Origin: Hyalangium minutum
GTDB lineage: Bacteria > Myxococcota > Myxococcia > Myxococcales > Myxococcaceae
Assembly: GCF_000737315.1 (NCBI RefSeq)
Contig: NZ_JMCB01000040.1
Span: 1-60,049, forward strand
Direction: 5' to 3'
Length of the DNA: 60,049 nt
The position numbers and the translations under genes are program-made. The notes beneath the pieces are model-generated. The model was not told where the DNA came from, searched no databases, and saw only the letters and a program-made list of their open reading frames with translations. Of the stretch, positions 31,537-42,768 are shown one piece after another; the first letter of the stretch is position 1; the number at the start of each line of letters is the position of its first letter.

Positions 31537-32025
31537 TCAACGCCAGCGCTGGAAATTGCCGCCGTTGCACCCCAACGTATAAACGTCGCCGCTGGTATTG
31601 CTGTCCAGACAGTATCCGGTGGCCACGTTTCTCATTTCGTATCCGAAAGCCCCCTTGTAGGTCACGACCCACTGCTGGTAACTGCCACCATTGCAGGGCA
31701 AAGTGTAGACATTGCCGTTGTTATTACTGTCCAGACACCATCCGGTTGCTTGATTGCGAATCTGGTCCCCGAATGTGAGCGGAGTGTTCGTCCAGTTCTG
31801 ATACGCCCCCCTGTTACAGCCCAGCGTGTAAACGTTCCCGTTGCTGTTACTGTCGAGACAGCGCAGCGTGGCAGTATTTACCCAGGGCAATGGTCCCCTT
31901 CTTATCTCCGATGCCACCTCCGCGAGGGGCTCGCCATTGCTCAGTTCGTCGCTCGGGGCAGCTGAACAGGCGGAGAGCGAGAGAATCCAACCCAGCAGCG
32001 AAATACCAGCGATCTTTCTGTTCAT
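31537..32025 (-). CDS. Ricin-B (beta-trefoil) lectin lipoprotein, actinohivin-like
   Basis: Three repeats of N-x-ATxxCLDSN-x-x-GxVYTLxCNxGx(Y/F)QxW; lipobox LSAC. Confidence 0.9.
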   Translation of the reverse strand: [162 protein letters not shown]

Positions 32026-32299
32026 GACAACTCCATGTCCATGAAGGCCGCTCGCTGTAGCGCCAGAGGCCGCCCCGTGTGCAGGACTGTTCGGAAATGT
32101 CGGGATTTCTCAGGCTCCAAAACCCCCGACATTTTCGAACAGTGGGCCAGCGGACCCGACCGGCCGGACCAATGCCCCCGCTGTACTCAGGGCCCTCCGC
32201 ACCTACGGATCGGGTGCACGAGAAACCTTGCTGACGCTCCCCTTATGATGCGCCGAGCTTCCTCCCGCCAATTGCCTGCCCTCGCCTGTCCAGGACTCC

Positions 32300-33460
32300 A
32301 TGCCCCCGGCCTCATCCCGCCGCCTGCTGTTCGCTCTCGCCCTCAGCCTCGGCGTGCATGCAGCGGTGTGGCTCGTGCTGGCGGCCCGCGGCCGGGAGTC
32401 CTCGGAGCAGCGCCCGGTCCCTCCTCCTACTCCGGGGATGCTCCAGTTCGTCGAGGTAGAGGTCTCGCCTCCCCCCAAGCCTCCGGAGCCTCCACCGCCT
32501 CCTCCCAAGCCGGAGCCCGCGCGTCCTCCTCGCGCCGCACCGAAGCCCCTTGCCGCGGTAACGCCTCCTGTTCCGCCTCCACCTGCGTCCGAGGCTCCCG
32601 CTCCTCCCGCGCCCGCCCCCGTGACGGATGCGCCCCGAGCCGATGCGCCCCTCTCAGCAGATACGCCTCGACTCGGAGGGCCGCGCCTCGCCCCTTCACT
32701 CTCGCTCACACCCGGCGGCGAGGTCGCCGTCTCGCCCTCTGCCACGGGAGTGCCCCAAGGACTCCCGGCCCAATCCGCGCAGCAGGTGGTGGACACGCTC
32801 ACCCAGGAGACGCTCGGCAAGGGCAAGGTGCAGCGCGGTCTGGTGCACCCCTACTTCACCCAACTCGGAAAGAGCCTGCTCAAATCGTGGGACGCCGAGC
32901 GCGCCGTCACCTCGCACGGCCTCAAGGGCTTCCTGGAGCAGGCCCAGGAGAACAGCAAGGCGTGGAACTCCATCTGGAGAGACCGGGCCGCGGCCTACGG
33001 AGCCTCGGGCTCGCCGCTGGAGGCGGACCCCGCGCTGAAGCCGGACCGCAGGCCCCCGAACGCGCTCTCCAATCCCAACCTGGAGGCGCGTCGCACCATG
33101 CGCCAGCAGATGCGCGAGGAGTTCCAGTCCACCCGCCGCGCCGTCATCCGCGTGGTGCAGGACGCGCAGGGGCGGCTCTTGGAGGTGACGCTCGTGTCTC
33201 CCAGCAACAATGCTCAGGTGGACAAGGAGGCCATGAAGGACGTGCGCACCGCCGCCGAGCAGCTCCCGCCCCCGCCTCCTGAGGCGCTCGCGGGCAAGCA
33301 GACGCTCACAAGCCTCTGGCAGTTCGAGCTGATCATCTCCATCACCCCACCGGTGCCCACGCTCAGCTTCGAGTTCGACGAGGCGCTGAAGTTCGTGGAC
33401 ATGCGGCTGCCGCTGGACCGGCGCATCTACAAGCGTGTGCGGCTGCTCTCGGTCCAGTGA
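32300..33460 (+). CDS. TonB-like energy transducer (myxobacterial type)
   Basis: N-terminal TM with SxxxH (SLGVH), long Pro-rich linker, TonB_C-like C-terminus. Confidence 0.65.
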   Translation: MPPASSRRLLFALALSLGVHAAVWLVLAARGRESSEQRPVPPPTPGMLQFVEVEVSPPPKPPEPPPPPPKPEPARPPRAAPKPLAAVTPPVPPPPASEAPAPPAPAPVTDAPRADAPLSADTPRLGGPRLAPSLSLTPGGEVAVSPSATGVPQGLPAQSAQQVVDTLTQETLGKGKVQRGLVHPYFTQLGKSLLKSWDAERAVTSHGLKGFLEQAQENSKAWNSIWRDRAAAYGASGSPLEADPALKPDRRPPNALSNPNLEARRTMRQQMREEFQSTRRAVIRVVQDAQGRLLEVTLVSPSNNAQVDKEAMKDVRTAAEQLPPPPPEALAGKQTLTSLWQFELIISITPPVPTLSFEFDEALKFVDMRLPLDRRIYKRVRLLSVQ

Positions 33461-33525
33461 GGTGGGCCAAGAAGCCCCGCGTTCCAGGCTTCAGGAACGC
33501 AGGGCCGCGACTCACGAATGAGACG

Positions 33526-34068
33526 TCAGGACGGTTCCGGCGACTTCGCTCCGTCGCTCACGCCGGGCAGCTGGGCGGTGAGCGCCTCGGCCAGCAGCAG
33601 CATCTGCTCCAGGGGGATGCCTTGGATGTCCACCACGGCCTTGCCCTTCTGGTTGCGAAGCGCGAGCTTCACCAGCGTGCCCTTGCCCTTGGGGAAGCGC
33701 TGCGCCACCGCCTCGGAGTACTGCTCGGCCAGCGCCACCTTCTCCGGCTACAGCGGCTTGCTGGAGGTGGGCCGATGCTTGCGCTGCAGAGCCCGGCGCA
33801 TCTGGTCCACGCTGCACGCTCCGAACGGCTGCTCGGTGACATTCCCGTTCTCATCCGGCACCTCGATAGGCGTGGGGCCCGGCTCCTCGTGGTTCAGCTC
33901 CAGCCCGGCCGCCTCCGCGTACATCAGCAGCACGGAGAGGCACGTGACGCCGAAGCGCCGCGCCACCGGCTCGCTGAAGTTCTCCGCCACCGTCCCGTAC
34001 ACCTTCAGCGTCGGCAGGGACAGGTCCGCCAGGTGCTGGCTGAAGTACTCCGCCACGTCCTTGTAGCC
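33526..34068 (-). pseudogene. 5'-truncated, nonsense-disrupted paralog of the 57711..58454 gene
   Basis: Near-identical DNA to 57658..58253; codon CCC (Pro) replaced by TAG at 33748..33750; N-terminal third missing. Confidence 0.9.
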
Positions 34069-34136
34069 CGAAAATAGTCCCCCTCCCTGCGGCGGTGGGG
34101 GTTCTCTAACCTGTTGAATGAACAGGCGAGCACGGG

Positions 34137-34470
34137 GAGCTCCTGGGTGGAACGGACCTGGACGGGGTGCGTCTGTTCGAGGGATTGCCGCACGACCGCC
34201 GCCCCGAGTGCACTCCCAGACGGGTTCCTCCCAACCGTCACGAGGCTGCCAGCGCTCAAGCTCCCAGAGTCTCTGCGCTCGCCAGAGATTCCGTATCACC
34301 TGGGTTGGCTGAACTACGGGTCAGCCGCTACCGCAGAAGCCATCGGGTTCCCTGACCCTGCCCGCGACTTGGAACTGCTCTCGCGGGCGCGGCGCACGTC
34401 GTCGGGCGGATGGGTCGTGCAGCTCACCGATGCGCCGCTCGATCTCGACAACCCCGCGCACCTGGACCCG
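34137..34470 (+). pseudogene. Chimeric remnant: FHA-sigma54 fragment + DUF6310-type toxin fragment + DUF5953-type immunity fragment
   Basis: 34156..34182 identical to 59575..59601; 34197..34224 matches reverse complement of 48857..48884 (RRPECTPRR); about 34245..34470 encodes RSPEIPYHLGWLNY...LDLDNPAHLD matching 47744..48508. Confidence 0.8.
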
Positions 34471-34561
34471 AGGCGGCGGGAATCAACCCCGCCGCTTGGA
34501 ACTTCTGCTGAGAGCGCTCCGACTCGGTCGATCAAGGAGCCCAGGCCCGGAACGGGTGGAT

Positions 34562-35539
34562 TCATTCCATCTGGCGCAGTGCTTCCTCCATCGCGGTGCG
34601 CAGCTCCGAGCCGTGCAGATGGGCCAGCTCGGCCAGGGGCCGCGTACGCGCCAACTCTCTCGCCACCAGGTAGCCCACGAAGTAGCCGCTCCGAGCGGGG
34701 ATGTCCTGGCGGGGGGAGTTTCCCAGGAAGAACGCCTGGTAGTCCTCGGGGGACTTCGAGTCGAGCTTCACGCGCAGCTCCGCGGCCAGCTTCGGCAGCA
34801 ACGCCCGGGCCCGCGCCGGCATTTCCTCGGGCAGCCCGAAGACCATGCGCTCGGAGACTCCTGGATTGAGCGCCTGCGCCACGTATGTCGCCAGCCCCTC
34901 GTGCCACAAGGCCCCCGCCACCGTATCCTCTGTCCCAAGGTCAGAAAACTGCTCCTGGTAGATGTGGAAGAGCTCGTGATCGAAGAAGGACTCCGCGTCC
35001 GCCGTGGGGCCGTAGATGGCGGCGATCACATCCACCCCGAACAGCAGCGCCGTCCTGCCCTTCACCTGACGGGTCGCCCCGTCGAACGCGCCCAGCGAGT
35101 TGAGGAAGTAGATCTCGCCCGTGTAGTTCAGGTCCGGGAAGGTCTGGCGGAAGCGTGCCTCGTAGAATGGGAGCTTCTGGCGCAGCTCCTCGGACAGCCG
35201 CCGCATCGTGTCGAAGTGGGGCGACACCCACTGCCAGTACTTCGGATAGCGCCTCGCCAGCTCCGCCTCGAAGGGCTGCTTCGCGTCGAAGCCCAGCACC
35301 TCGGCGGTGTAGAGCGCCGGGTGCGCCGCCACCACCTGCTCCCGGAAGAGTCGCACCTGCTCGGCCTGTTCCAGCCCCTGTGCCTGCTCCCAGTACTGCC
35401 AGAACGTGGGCATGGCGTCCACCACGCGATAGGTGGACGGAGAAGCCCTGGCCGGGACAGTGGCAGACGGCACGCAGCAGAGCATGGCCAGGCAGACGAC
35501 TTGAGGAAGGGCACGGAGCAGCGCGCGCTGTGGGAGCAT
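34562..35539 (-). CDS. Secreted putative zinc peptidase (DUF2268-like gluzincin)
   Basis: DHELFH (HExxH) followed by HEGLATY; signal-like N-terminus; start set at ATG 35539. Confidence 0.65.
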   Translation of the reverse strand: MLPQRALLRALPQVVCLAMLCCVPSATVPARASPSTYRVVDAMPTFWQYWEQAQGLEQAEQVRLFREQVVAAHPALYTAEVLGFDAKQPFEAELARRYPKYWQWVSPHFDTMRRLSEELRQKLPFYEARFRQTFPDLNYTGEIYFLNSLGAFDGATRQVKGRTALLFGVDVIAAIYGPTADAESFFDHELFHIYQEQFSDLGTEDTVAGALWHEGLATYVAQALNPGVSERMVFGLPEEMPARARALLPKLAAELRVKLDSKSPEDYQAFFLGNSPRQDIPARSGYFVGYLVARELARTRPLAELAHLHGSELRTAMEEALRQME

Positions 35540-35579
35540 GCCTTTCTCTACGCAGGCAAGGGCCCACGACTCAACGAGG

Positions 35580-35775
35580 AACTGCCTCGAGCGGCGCAAC
35601 GTGGTGCGCCGCGCCCTGCTCGAGCGCAAGGGCCCCAAACTGGATGCCAACGACATCAGCTTCGAGGAGGCCTACCCGGGCGCGCCCGAAGACACGGCCA
35701 CTCCGGCCCTGGAGCTGCCCGCCGGTGTCACCCTGGAGCAGATGATGGAGCGGCTGGAGCGCCAGCTCCTCCCTG
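35580..35775 (+). pseudogene. C-terminal fragment of a sigma54-dependent activator
   Basis: RNVVRRALL...KLDANDISFE...LEQMMERLERQLL resembles the ELRNVVERA lid and pre-Fis-HTH region; no start and no HTH. Confidence 0.55.
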
Positions 35776-35850
35776 TCCTACGACGTCTGCTCTTCGGTGG
35801 TACTCCTGGATTCCATACGTGCGCACGAATTGAGAGCGCGGGGCGTCTGG

Positions 35851-37254
35851 TTATCGCTGGTAGCCGATTGCGATGATTTGGCCTGACGCGTCGCTGCTCA
35901 CAAACAACTCGCCATTGGGGCCCACACCCAACCCCACCGGCCGATGCGGCCAGCCGGCTGCGGTGTCGCTGGCGCTGTCGAACTCGAAGAACGGCTCGTA
36001 GCGAACCGGCAGCCCGTTCTCGAACACCACCCGCACCACCTCGTAGCCCTGGGCGGGCTGTCGATTCCAGGAACCGTGGAAGCTGACGAAGGCGTCGCCG
36101 ACCACCTCGGGCGGGAAGGACGCGCCGTCGTAGAAGACGATGTCGAGCGGCGCAACGTGAGCGGGCATCGCCAACATCGGAGGCACCACATTGTTGACAT
36201 TGCGGCACCACGCATCGGAGTGGGTGCCATCATTCATGAAGCCCGGATCTGCCCACTGCGTCGTCGGGCCCATTCCCACACCCGACGGAAGCAGAAACTC
36301 ACTGAAGCAATAGGGGTAGCCATAGAACCGCCCGGCTTCGGCGAAGAGGTTCAGCTCTTCAGCGGGATTGTCGGTGTGAATGTCGCCCCCGAGGTCGGCA
36401 CGATTAAGATTGTCTCGCCCGTTCTCCACGCCCCACAGCCGGCCCTGACTGTCGAAACGCAGGCCTACTTCGTTCCGAAGGCCATCGGCAAACACCTCGC
36501 CGTCCGTGAAAGCCACGTTGCCCGCCTGAGCCTGGGTTGCGGTGAAGCGACGGATGCGAGCGCGCGTCGAATCGCTGTCCACGTTCGCGGCTGAACCGAC
36601 GCTCACGTAGAGGCGGCCTTGGGCGTCAAAGATGATCGTCCGGGTGACATGGCCGCCCGCAGGGCCGCCCGAAGGGATGCCGGTCACCACTTCTTCCTGG
36701 CCGCTCAGCGCTGCTCTCGTTCCGGTTGCGAACGGCCAACGGAGGACGCGCGTCGCGGAAGAGGCATAGAGATATCCGTCGTGCAGTGTGATGCCATGGT
36801 TGAGCCCGCTGACCTCGACCAGCGTCGCCCGTTCGGATGAATCCGAAACGCCGTCACCGTTCGAATCGTAGAGCGCGGTGATTCGACCCGCGGTGCGCTC
36901 GACCACCAGAACGTCTCCGTTCGGAGCGACGATCAACCCTCGCGGATTGGCAACGGTCGCCCAGGTCCATGCACAGTACCCCGCTGGCAACCTCGCATTG
37001 GCCACGTTGGCGCTCGAAGGCCCCAGGCAGCTGTTCTTGAGAGAAGTCCCAGCATCGGAAGTGCCGGCATCGGAACTCCCGCCGCCGTCGGCCACACCGG
37101 CGTCATTCGTTGGGTTTTGAGCTCCGGCATCGGTCCGACTCCCGGCATCCATTTCGACGCCGGCATCGCTCTCGGTGGAGGGCCGGTCTGAACAAGCCAG
37201 GAGGGCAGAGGCACAGAGCGCTGCGACGAGCCCAAGTCGTTGGTGAAGCGGCAT
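35851..37254 (-). CDS. Glucose/sorbosone dehydrogenase (PQQ-type beta-propeller) lipoprotein
   Basis: Lipobox LLAC; HVTRT, LYVSVGS, GLRNEVG, HVAPL, FHGSWNR, RPVGL, SDDxxG-like ending. Confidence 0.88.
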   Translation of the reverse strand: MPLHQRLGLVAALCASALLACSDRPSTESDAGVEMDAGSRTDAGAQNPTNDAGVADGGGSSDAGTSDAGTSLKNSCLGPSSANVANARLPAGYCAWTWATVANPRGLIVAPNGDVLVVERTAGRITALYDSNGDGVSDSSERATLVEVSGLNHGITLHDGYLYASSATRVLRWPFATGTRAALSGQEEVVTGIPSGGPAGGHVTRTIIFDAQGRLYVSVGSAANVDSDSTRARIRRFTATQAQAGNVAFTDGEVFADGLRNEVGLRFDSQGRLWGVENGRDNLNRADLGGDIHTDNPAEELNLFAEAGRFYGYPYCFSEFLLPSGVGMGPTTQWADPGFMNDGTHSDAWCRNVNNVVPPMLAMPAHVAPLDIVFYDGASFPPEVVGDAFVSFHGSWNRQPAQGYEVVRVVFENGLPVRYEPFFEFDSASDTAAGWPHRPVGLGVGPNGELFVSSDASGQIIAIGYQR

Positions 37255-37405
37255 GGCTCCGCAACGGGCCGACCTCTTGACGCCGTTGCCGAGCGGGAGG
37301 GAGAAGCGTCTTCCAGTCATGGTGTGATTGCCTCAAAGAAAGAGGGGTTTGCTGCCCTGCGAGGAGTGATGGGGCTGCCCAAGGGTTGCACCATCATGAA
37401 GATCC

Positions 37406-38218
37406 TCATTTCTTTTCGAAGACCTCTTTGGCCACGGTCACTGCGGTGATGGCACTCGGCCAGCCGGCATAAAAGGCGAGGTGCGTGATCGTCTCGACCA
37501 GCTCCTCCTGCGTCACGCCGTTATCGCGGGCGAGGGCTAGGTGTGAGCGGAGCTGCTCGGGACGGTTCATGGCGATCAGCGCGCTGACGGTCACGAGGCT
37601 GCGGTCGCGAGGCGAGAGCTGCGGGCGCGTCCACACATCGCCGAAGAGCACTTCGTCGGTGAGCTCGACCAGCTTCGGGGAGAACTCGCCGATCAGTTTC
37701 TGGGCGCGCGTCGGTTGCGCGGTTTGCGTCAGTGCATTGGGAGCGGATTGGCCGCGTAAGGGCATGCCGTATTGCTCCTCGGTGACCTTCTCCAGCCAGT
37801 CGGCGCTCTTGCCATCGAGCTGTTCCACGATGGCGATATGCGCCATCGACGTCTTCGGCGCCGCTCCATGCCAGTGCTTTACGTTCGGCGGAATGCGGAC
37901 GACATCCCCCTGCCGGATCTCATCGACCGGTCCGCCCCACTGCTGCACGCGCCCAGTTCCGGCTGTGACGATGAGGGTCTGGCCGAGCGGGTGGCTGTGC
38001 CATGCGGTTCTCGCGCCCGCCTCGAACGTGACGAGCGCGCCCGTCGCCCGCGCCGGACCGCTGGCCTCAAACAACGGGTCGACGCGGACGGAGCCGGTGA
38101 AGTTTTCGGCCGGCCCCTGCCGCGACGGCTGCGTGCCGCGCCGAGCGATGGTGATGGTTTGAGCGGATGCGGAAGCAGCGAAAAGCAGAGAGAGGACGGC
38201 CGCAGCGAGCACGTTCAT
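37406..38218 (-). CDS. Cupin + carboxymuconolactone decarboxylase-like fusion
   Basis: [17 protein letters not shown] cupin motifs; [25 protein letters not shown] motifs. Confidence 0.88.
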   Translation of the reverse strand: MNVLAAAVLSLLFAASASAQTITIARRGTQPSRQGPAENFTGSVRVDPLFEASGPARATGALVTFEAGARTAWHSHPLGQTLIVTAGTGRVQQWGGPVDEIRQGDVVRIPPNVKHWHGAAPKTSMAHIAIVEQLDGKSADWLEKVTEEQYGMPLRGQSAPNALTQTAQPTRAQKLIGEFSPKLVELTDEVLFGDVWTRPQLSPRDRSLVTVSALIAMNRPEQLRSHLALARDNGVTQEELVETITHLAFYAGWPSAITAVTVAKEVFEKK

Positions 38219-38237
38219 GGGAGCTCCTCCTGGAGGT

Positions 38238-39335
38238 TCAATCCAGCCCCTTCTGCGTGAGAAACTGCGACAGAAGGTCAGCGATCTGGACATTGTTGAG
38301 ATCCGACATGGGGAAGTGCGTATTGCCGCGAATCCCGATCTCGGGCAGGTGCACGACGGTCACGTCACCGCCGTGGCGGTTCACCGCATCGCGGAACTGC
38401 CTGGCCATGGCGAGCGTGACGCGCCACTGGTCCTGGCCCGGATTCGTGGTGGGATTCTCGGCAATGGAGTCGCCGTAGTACATGACGATCGGCATCTTCG
38501 TGAGCTGGAGGAAGTCCGACAGCGGCACCTCGACGCCTCTTGCCGTGCCTCCGGCGTACGTCATCGGCTCAGGTGCTTCGCCCTGCGGGAAGACGAAGCC
38601 AGCACCCGGTTCGTAGGAAACGATGGCTCGCACATTTCTGTTCTTGATCGCCGTGCGCCAGCCGAGTCCACCGCTCTGTGAGTGCGTGACGAGAATGCCG
38701 GAGCCGATTCGGTCGAAGAGTGCGGAAACCCCGTTGGTATTGACCTCCGCGTCGTAGGGGCCCGTGTTGGGCACCATCTGCCGGAAGAACTGGTTGAGTG
38801 CCTCTGGATCGCTCGAGAACTGCACGCCTGGGTAGAAGTCCGGCCACAGGCCCAAGCGGAAGATGCCAAACCAGAGCTGTTCGTCAGGAGCCGCCGTCAT
38901 CGTCACGGGCTGAGTGCTGCGTGCTGCGCGGCCGCGTCGGGGTTGATCGATCAAATACACCGGGAAGCGACGGCGCAGGAAAATGTTCTGGAAGCCCTCT
39001 CGGCCGTCCGGCGTGCTCTCCCACGTCTTCGCGGACTGGCCATGGCCGTGCCAGAACACGAGCGGGAGCTTTCTGGCATTGGCCGGGGTCTCATAGGACA
39101 CGTAAACGTGATCGCCGTGCAACGTCTGCCCCGCGGAATCGGGCCCCGCAGGGTTGTAACTGCCCTGTTTGATGGGGTCGAACGTTCCGGGCGCGGTGAT
39201 GACCGTTCCGCCGACTGCAAAGCTGCCTTGCTCCTGAATGAGCAGCGGCCCGGGTTCATTGTTTCCAGCCGTGGTTGCACACGCGGCGGCGCTGAGCGCG
39301 ACGGTGATCAGAGCAAAGGCAGTCAGGTGTTTCAT
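38238..39335 (-). CDS. Alpha/beta hydrolase lipoprotein
   Basis: WHGHGQS, THSQSG nucleophile elbow, GNTHF catalytic His; lipobox AAAC. Confidence 0.85.
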   Translation of the reverse strand: MKHLTAFALITVALSAAACATTAGNNEPGPLLIQEQGSFAVGGTVITAPGTFDPIKQGSYNPAGPDSAGQTLHGDHVYVSYETPANARKLPLVFWHGHGQSAKTWESTPDGREGFQNIFLRRRFPVYLIDQPRRGRAARSTQPVTMTAAPDEQLWFGIFRLGLWPDFYPGVQFSSDPEALNQFFRQMVPNTGPYDAEVNTNGVSALFDRIGSGILVTHSQSGGLGWRTAIKNRNVRAIVSYEPGAGFVFPQGEAPEPMTYAGGTARGVEVPLSDFLQLTKMPIVMYYGDSIAENPTTNPGQDQWRVTLAMARQFRDAVNRHGGDVTVVHLPEIGIRGNTHFPMSDLNNVQIADLLSQFLTQKGLD

Positions 39336-39427
39336 CCGTCCAATCCCTTCTTTGCTAGAGAATCTGACAGCAGGTCTCCAGTTGCGGATCGGGGGCGTTC
39401 CGTCATGTCTCTTCGTCCTCGTGACCT

Positions 39428-40300
<873 letters not shown>

Positions 40301-40312
40301 CTACACGCGCGG

Positions 40313-40441
40313 TCATGGCCTACTTGCCCACGCGCGCCGCAAGGCGGTGCCGCACCCATGGTTGAGTCCCATGAAGCCGAAGCCGAGGGCCGAGACCTCG
40401 AGTTCACTGTTGCCGAGCTGCCGCTTCGTCATCTCGCTCAT
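40313..40441 (-). pseudogene. Truncated second aldo/keto reductase (N-terminal 42 aa only)
   Basis: MSEMTKRQLGNSELEVSALGFGFMGLNHG is a typical AKR N-terminus, followed by an early stop. Confidence 0.75.
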
Positions 40442-40510
40442 GCCAGCAAGATACGTCCGGCCCTCTGACCACGAAACCAGCATGAACTGCATGCGGGGTT
40501 TAGAAAAACT

Positions 40511-41431
40511 TCACGTTGCTCCGCCCGCCCGGTCAGCCTTCACCTGCTCGCGGGCGACCTCGACGAACGCCTTGAGCGCGGGCGAGACCTGCGACCGCTT
40601 CGGGAAGTACAGGTAGAGCCCCGGCACCTCGGGTGTGTACGGCTCGAGGACGACGCGCAGGCGCCCGGTCGTGAGATCGCTCTCGACGCGGCGCTCGAGT
40701 GAGTAGAACAATCCCACGCCCGCGACAGCCATAGTGCGCATCAGCTCGGCATCGTTCGTCGTCACCGGTCCGCGAACCGGTACGCGGTAGGTCTTCTTGC
40801 CACGCTCGAGCTCCCACGCCCACGGCTCTCCGCTGGGGGACCGGCGGATGCAGATGCAGTCGTGCTGGAGGAGATCCTGGGGCTTCTGTGGCACGCCCTT
40901 TCGCTCGAAGTACGACGGCGCGCCGACCACCACCAAGCGCGTCGGGCCCGACAGGCGGACGTGGACCATGTCGCGATCGATCGACTCGATGAGCCGCATG
41001 CCGGCGTCGAACTCGCCGGCCACGGTGTTCACGAAGCGGTCGTCGACATGGACCTCCACGCCCACCTTCGGGTAGCGCGCGATGAAGCGCGGGAGGAGAT
41101 CCGCGAGGACCATCGAGACCGATGCGCTGGGTACGCTGAGGCGCACGCGGCCCGTCACCTCGCCTCGCTTGGCCCGCACGGTCTTCAGCGACTCGAGCGC
41201 TTGATCGACGGCAGGTCCGGCGTTGTCGAGCAGGCGATGGCCGGCGTCGGTCAGGGCGACACTGCGCGAGGTGCGCGTCAGCAACGCGACGCCGAGCCGC
41301 TCCTCGAGCTGTCGGACCGACTGGCTGAGCGCCGACGTCGACACGCCGAGGTCTCGCGCCGCCGCCGCGTAGCTGAGGCGCCGAGCGACGACGATGAAGG
41401 CGTTAAGCGGGTTGAGCAGCGTGAAGGCCAT
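40511..41431 (-). CDS. LysR-family transcriptional regulator
   Basis: SYAAAARDLGVSTSALSQSVRQLEERLG HTH; FDAGMR; LYLYFP. Confidence 0.93.
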   Translation of the reverse strand: MAFTLLNPLNAFIVVARRLSYAAAARDLGVSTSALSQSVRQLEERLGVALLTRTSRSVALTDAGHRLLDNAGPAVDQALESLKTVRAKRGEVTGRVRLSVPSASVSMVLADLLPRFIARYPKVGVEVHVDDRFVNTVAGEFDAGMRLIESIDRDMVHVRLSGPTRLVVVGAPSYFERKGVPQKPQDLLQHDCICIRRSPSGEPWAWELERGKKTYRVPVRGPVTTNDAELMRTMAVAGVGLFYSLERRVESDLTTGRLRVVLEPYTPEVPGLYLYFPKRSQVSPALKAFVEVAREQVKADRAGGAT

Positions 41432-41610
41432 CGTGAAGGTTCTCTACACGGGAGCTCCGCACAGAGCCAGCGCCACATGTTCGAGCGAACGTCCGCTTTT
41501 TTCTAAACAGCCCATACCGATCGTGCAGCTTTCGCGGAGATGCTGCATGCCGTATCTCTGGGTGACATGGTGGCCCGACGAGCCGTAGAAAGGGATGAGC
41601 ACTCCGGGCT

Positions 41611-42768
41611 TCATCTCTCCAAAGCGGCGGGGTTCGTCTTCACCCAGGTATCAATCGCCTTGATGGCTGCGGCGGCGCGTGACTCGCGGGGACCCGAGAT
41701 CAGCACGGGCGTCCTGCCCTCGGCGCGCACAGCCTCCATGCAGGACTGGACGAAGGCTTGACGCGCAGCGGGCTCGTCCCGATGGGCGGGCCCAGCCCAC
41801 GGCGCGTCATCGAGCACAAGGTACAGATCTCCGAGCTCCGAGGGCGACAGCAGGGAGCGCTCTCTGACTCCGTAGAGCCGCTCTTTCCAGAGCATCAGCG
41901 AGATCAGATCCGTGTCGGCCACGAAAAAACGCTTCGTGTTGCCCTGTGCGGTCGCGAGAACCGCGCGCTGTGCTCTCGCCAGTTCATCGAAGTCACCCTG
42001 AGCCGGAGTCTTGCCCATGTTCTTGGACGACCAGTACGCCACGTACTCGGGGGCTCGCGAGACGTTGTAGTGCTTGGCCAGCGTCTGGGACAGCGTTGTC
42101 TTGCCGGCGCCTTCCGGACCTAGCAGCACCACCGAGCAGGTGAAGTGCCGCCGCGCGTCGGGGTGAACGAAGGACCAGTGCTCCCACGGCGCCTTGCGGA
42201 TCATCGTCGCGCTGATCGGGACGTTGCGGCGCTCGGGATCGACCAGGACGAAGTCCAGCTTCAGCCGGGAGGCGAGCTCTTGCGCCTGGGGATCCGACGC
42301 GACGAGCGTCCGGATCTCCGGGTGCAGGTTCCGGCTGCTGAGATAATTGGCCCATGCTTGCCAGAACTCGGGCTGATCGGGCGATCCGGTGATGGGCACA
42401 TCGAGCGCCGTCGTCGCGTGGCTGAATGGACGACCGTGCAGCAAGGTTTGAATCACGTCCCTCCGAGTCGGGACGGGGAGCGGGTCCTGTCTCTTGCCGA
42501 CCACGAAGACGATGAGCGGCCCCTGCACGGCCTGCTCCGCTGCCTGGAGCAGAAAGGAATGCCCCAGGTGCGGAGGGTTGAAGCGCCCCAGCACCAGCGC
42601 GCCGCCCGCGCGCTTGGAGGGCTGCGGGGTCACGAGGCTGCGAGTCCGGTGGTGCCAGAACGCGACCGACTCCTGCGAGCCCAGGTCGTCACGTGACGCG
42701 CCGATGAAGCGATCGGATTCGGAGGGCTCCCACCCGGAGCCGTACCACGCGTCGATCTCAAGTCCCAT
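41611..42768 (-). CDS. NadR-like nucleotidyltransferase/kinase fusion (no HTH)
   Basis: GRFNPPHLGH (HxGH), ISATMIR, GPEGAGKTT P-loop, PEYV, DTD motifs. Confidence 0.8.
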   Translation of the reverse strand: MGLEIDAWYGSGWEPSESDRFIGASRDDLGSQESVAFWHHRTRSLVTPQPSKRAGGALVLGRFNPPHLGHSFLLQAAEQAVQGPLIVFVVGKRQDPLPVPTRRDVIQTLLHGRPFSHATTALDVPITGSPDQPEFWQAWANYLSSRNLHPEIRTLVASDPQAQELASRLKLDFVLVDPERRNVPISATMIRKAPWEHWSFVHPDARRHFTCSVVLLGPEGAGKTTLSQTLAKHYNVSRAPEYVAYWSSKNMGKTPAQGDFDELARAQRAVLATAQGNTKRFFVADTDLISLMLWKERLYGVRERSLLSPSELGDLYLVLDDAPWAGPAHRDEPAARQAFVQSCMEAVRAEGRTPVLISGPRESRAAAAIKAIDTWVKTNPAALER

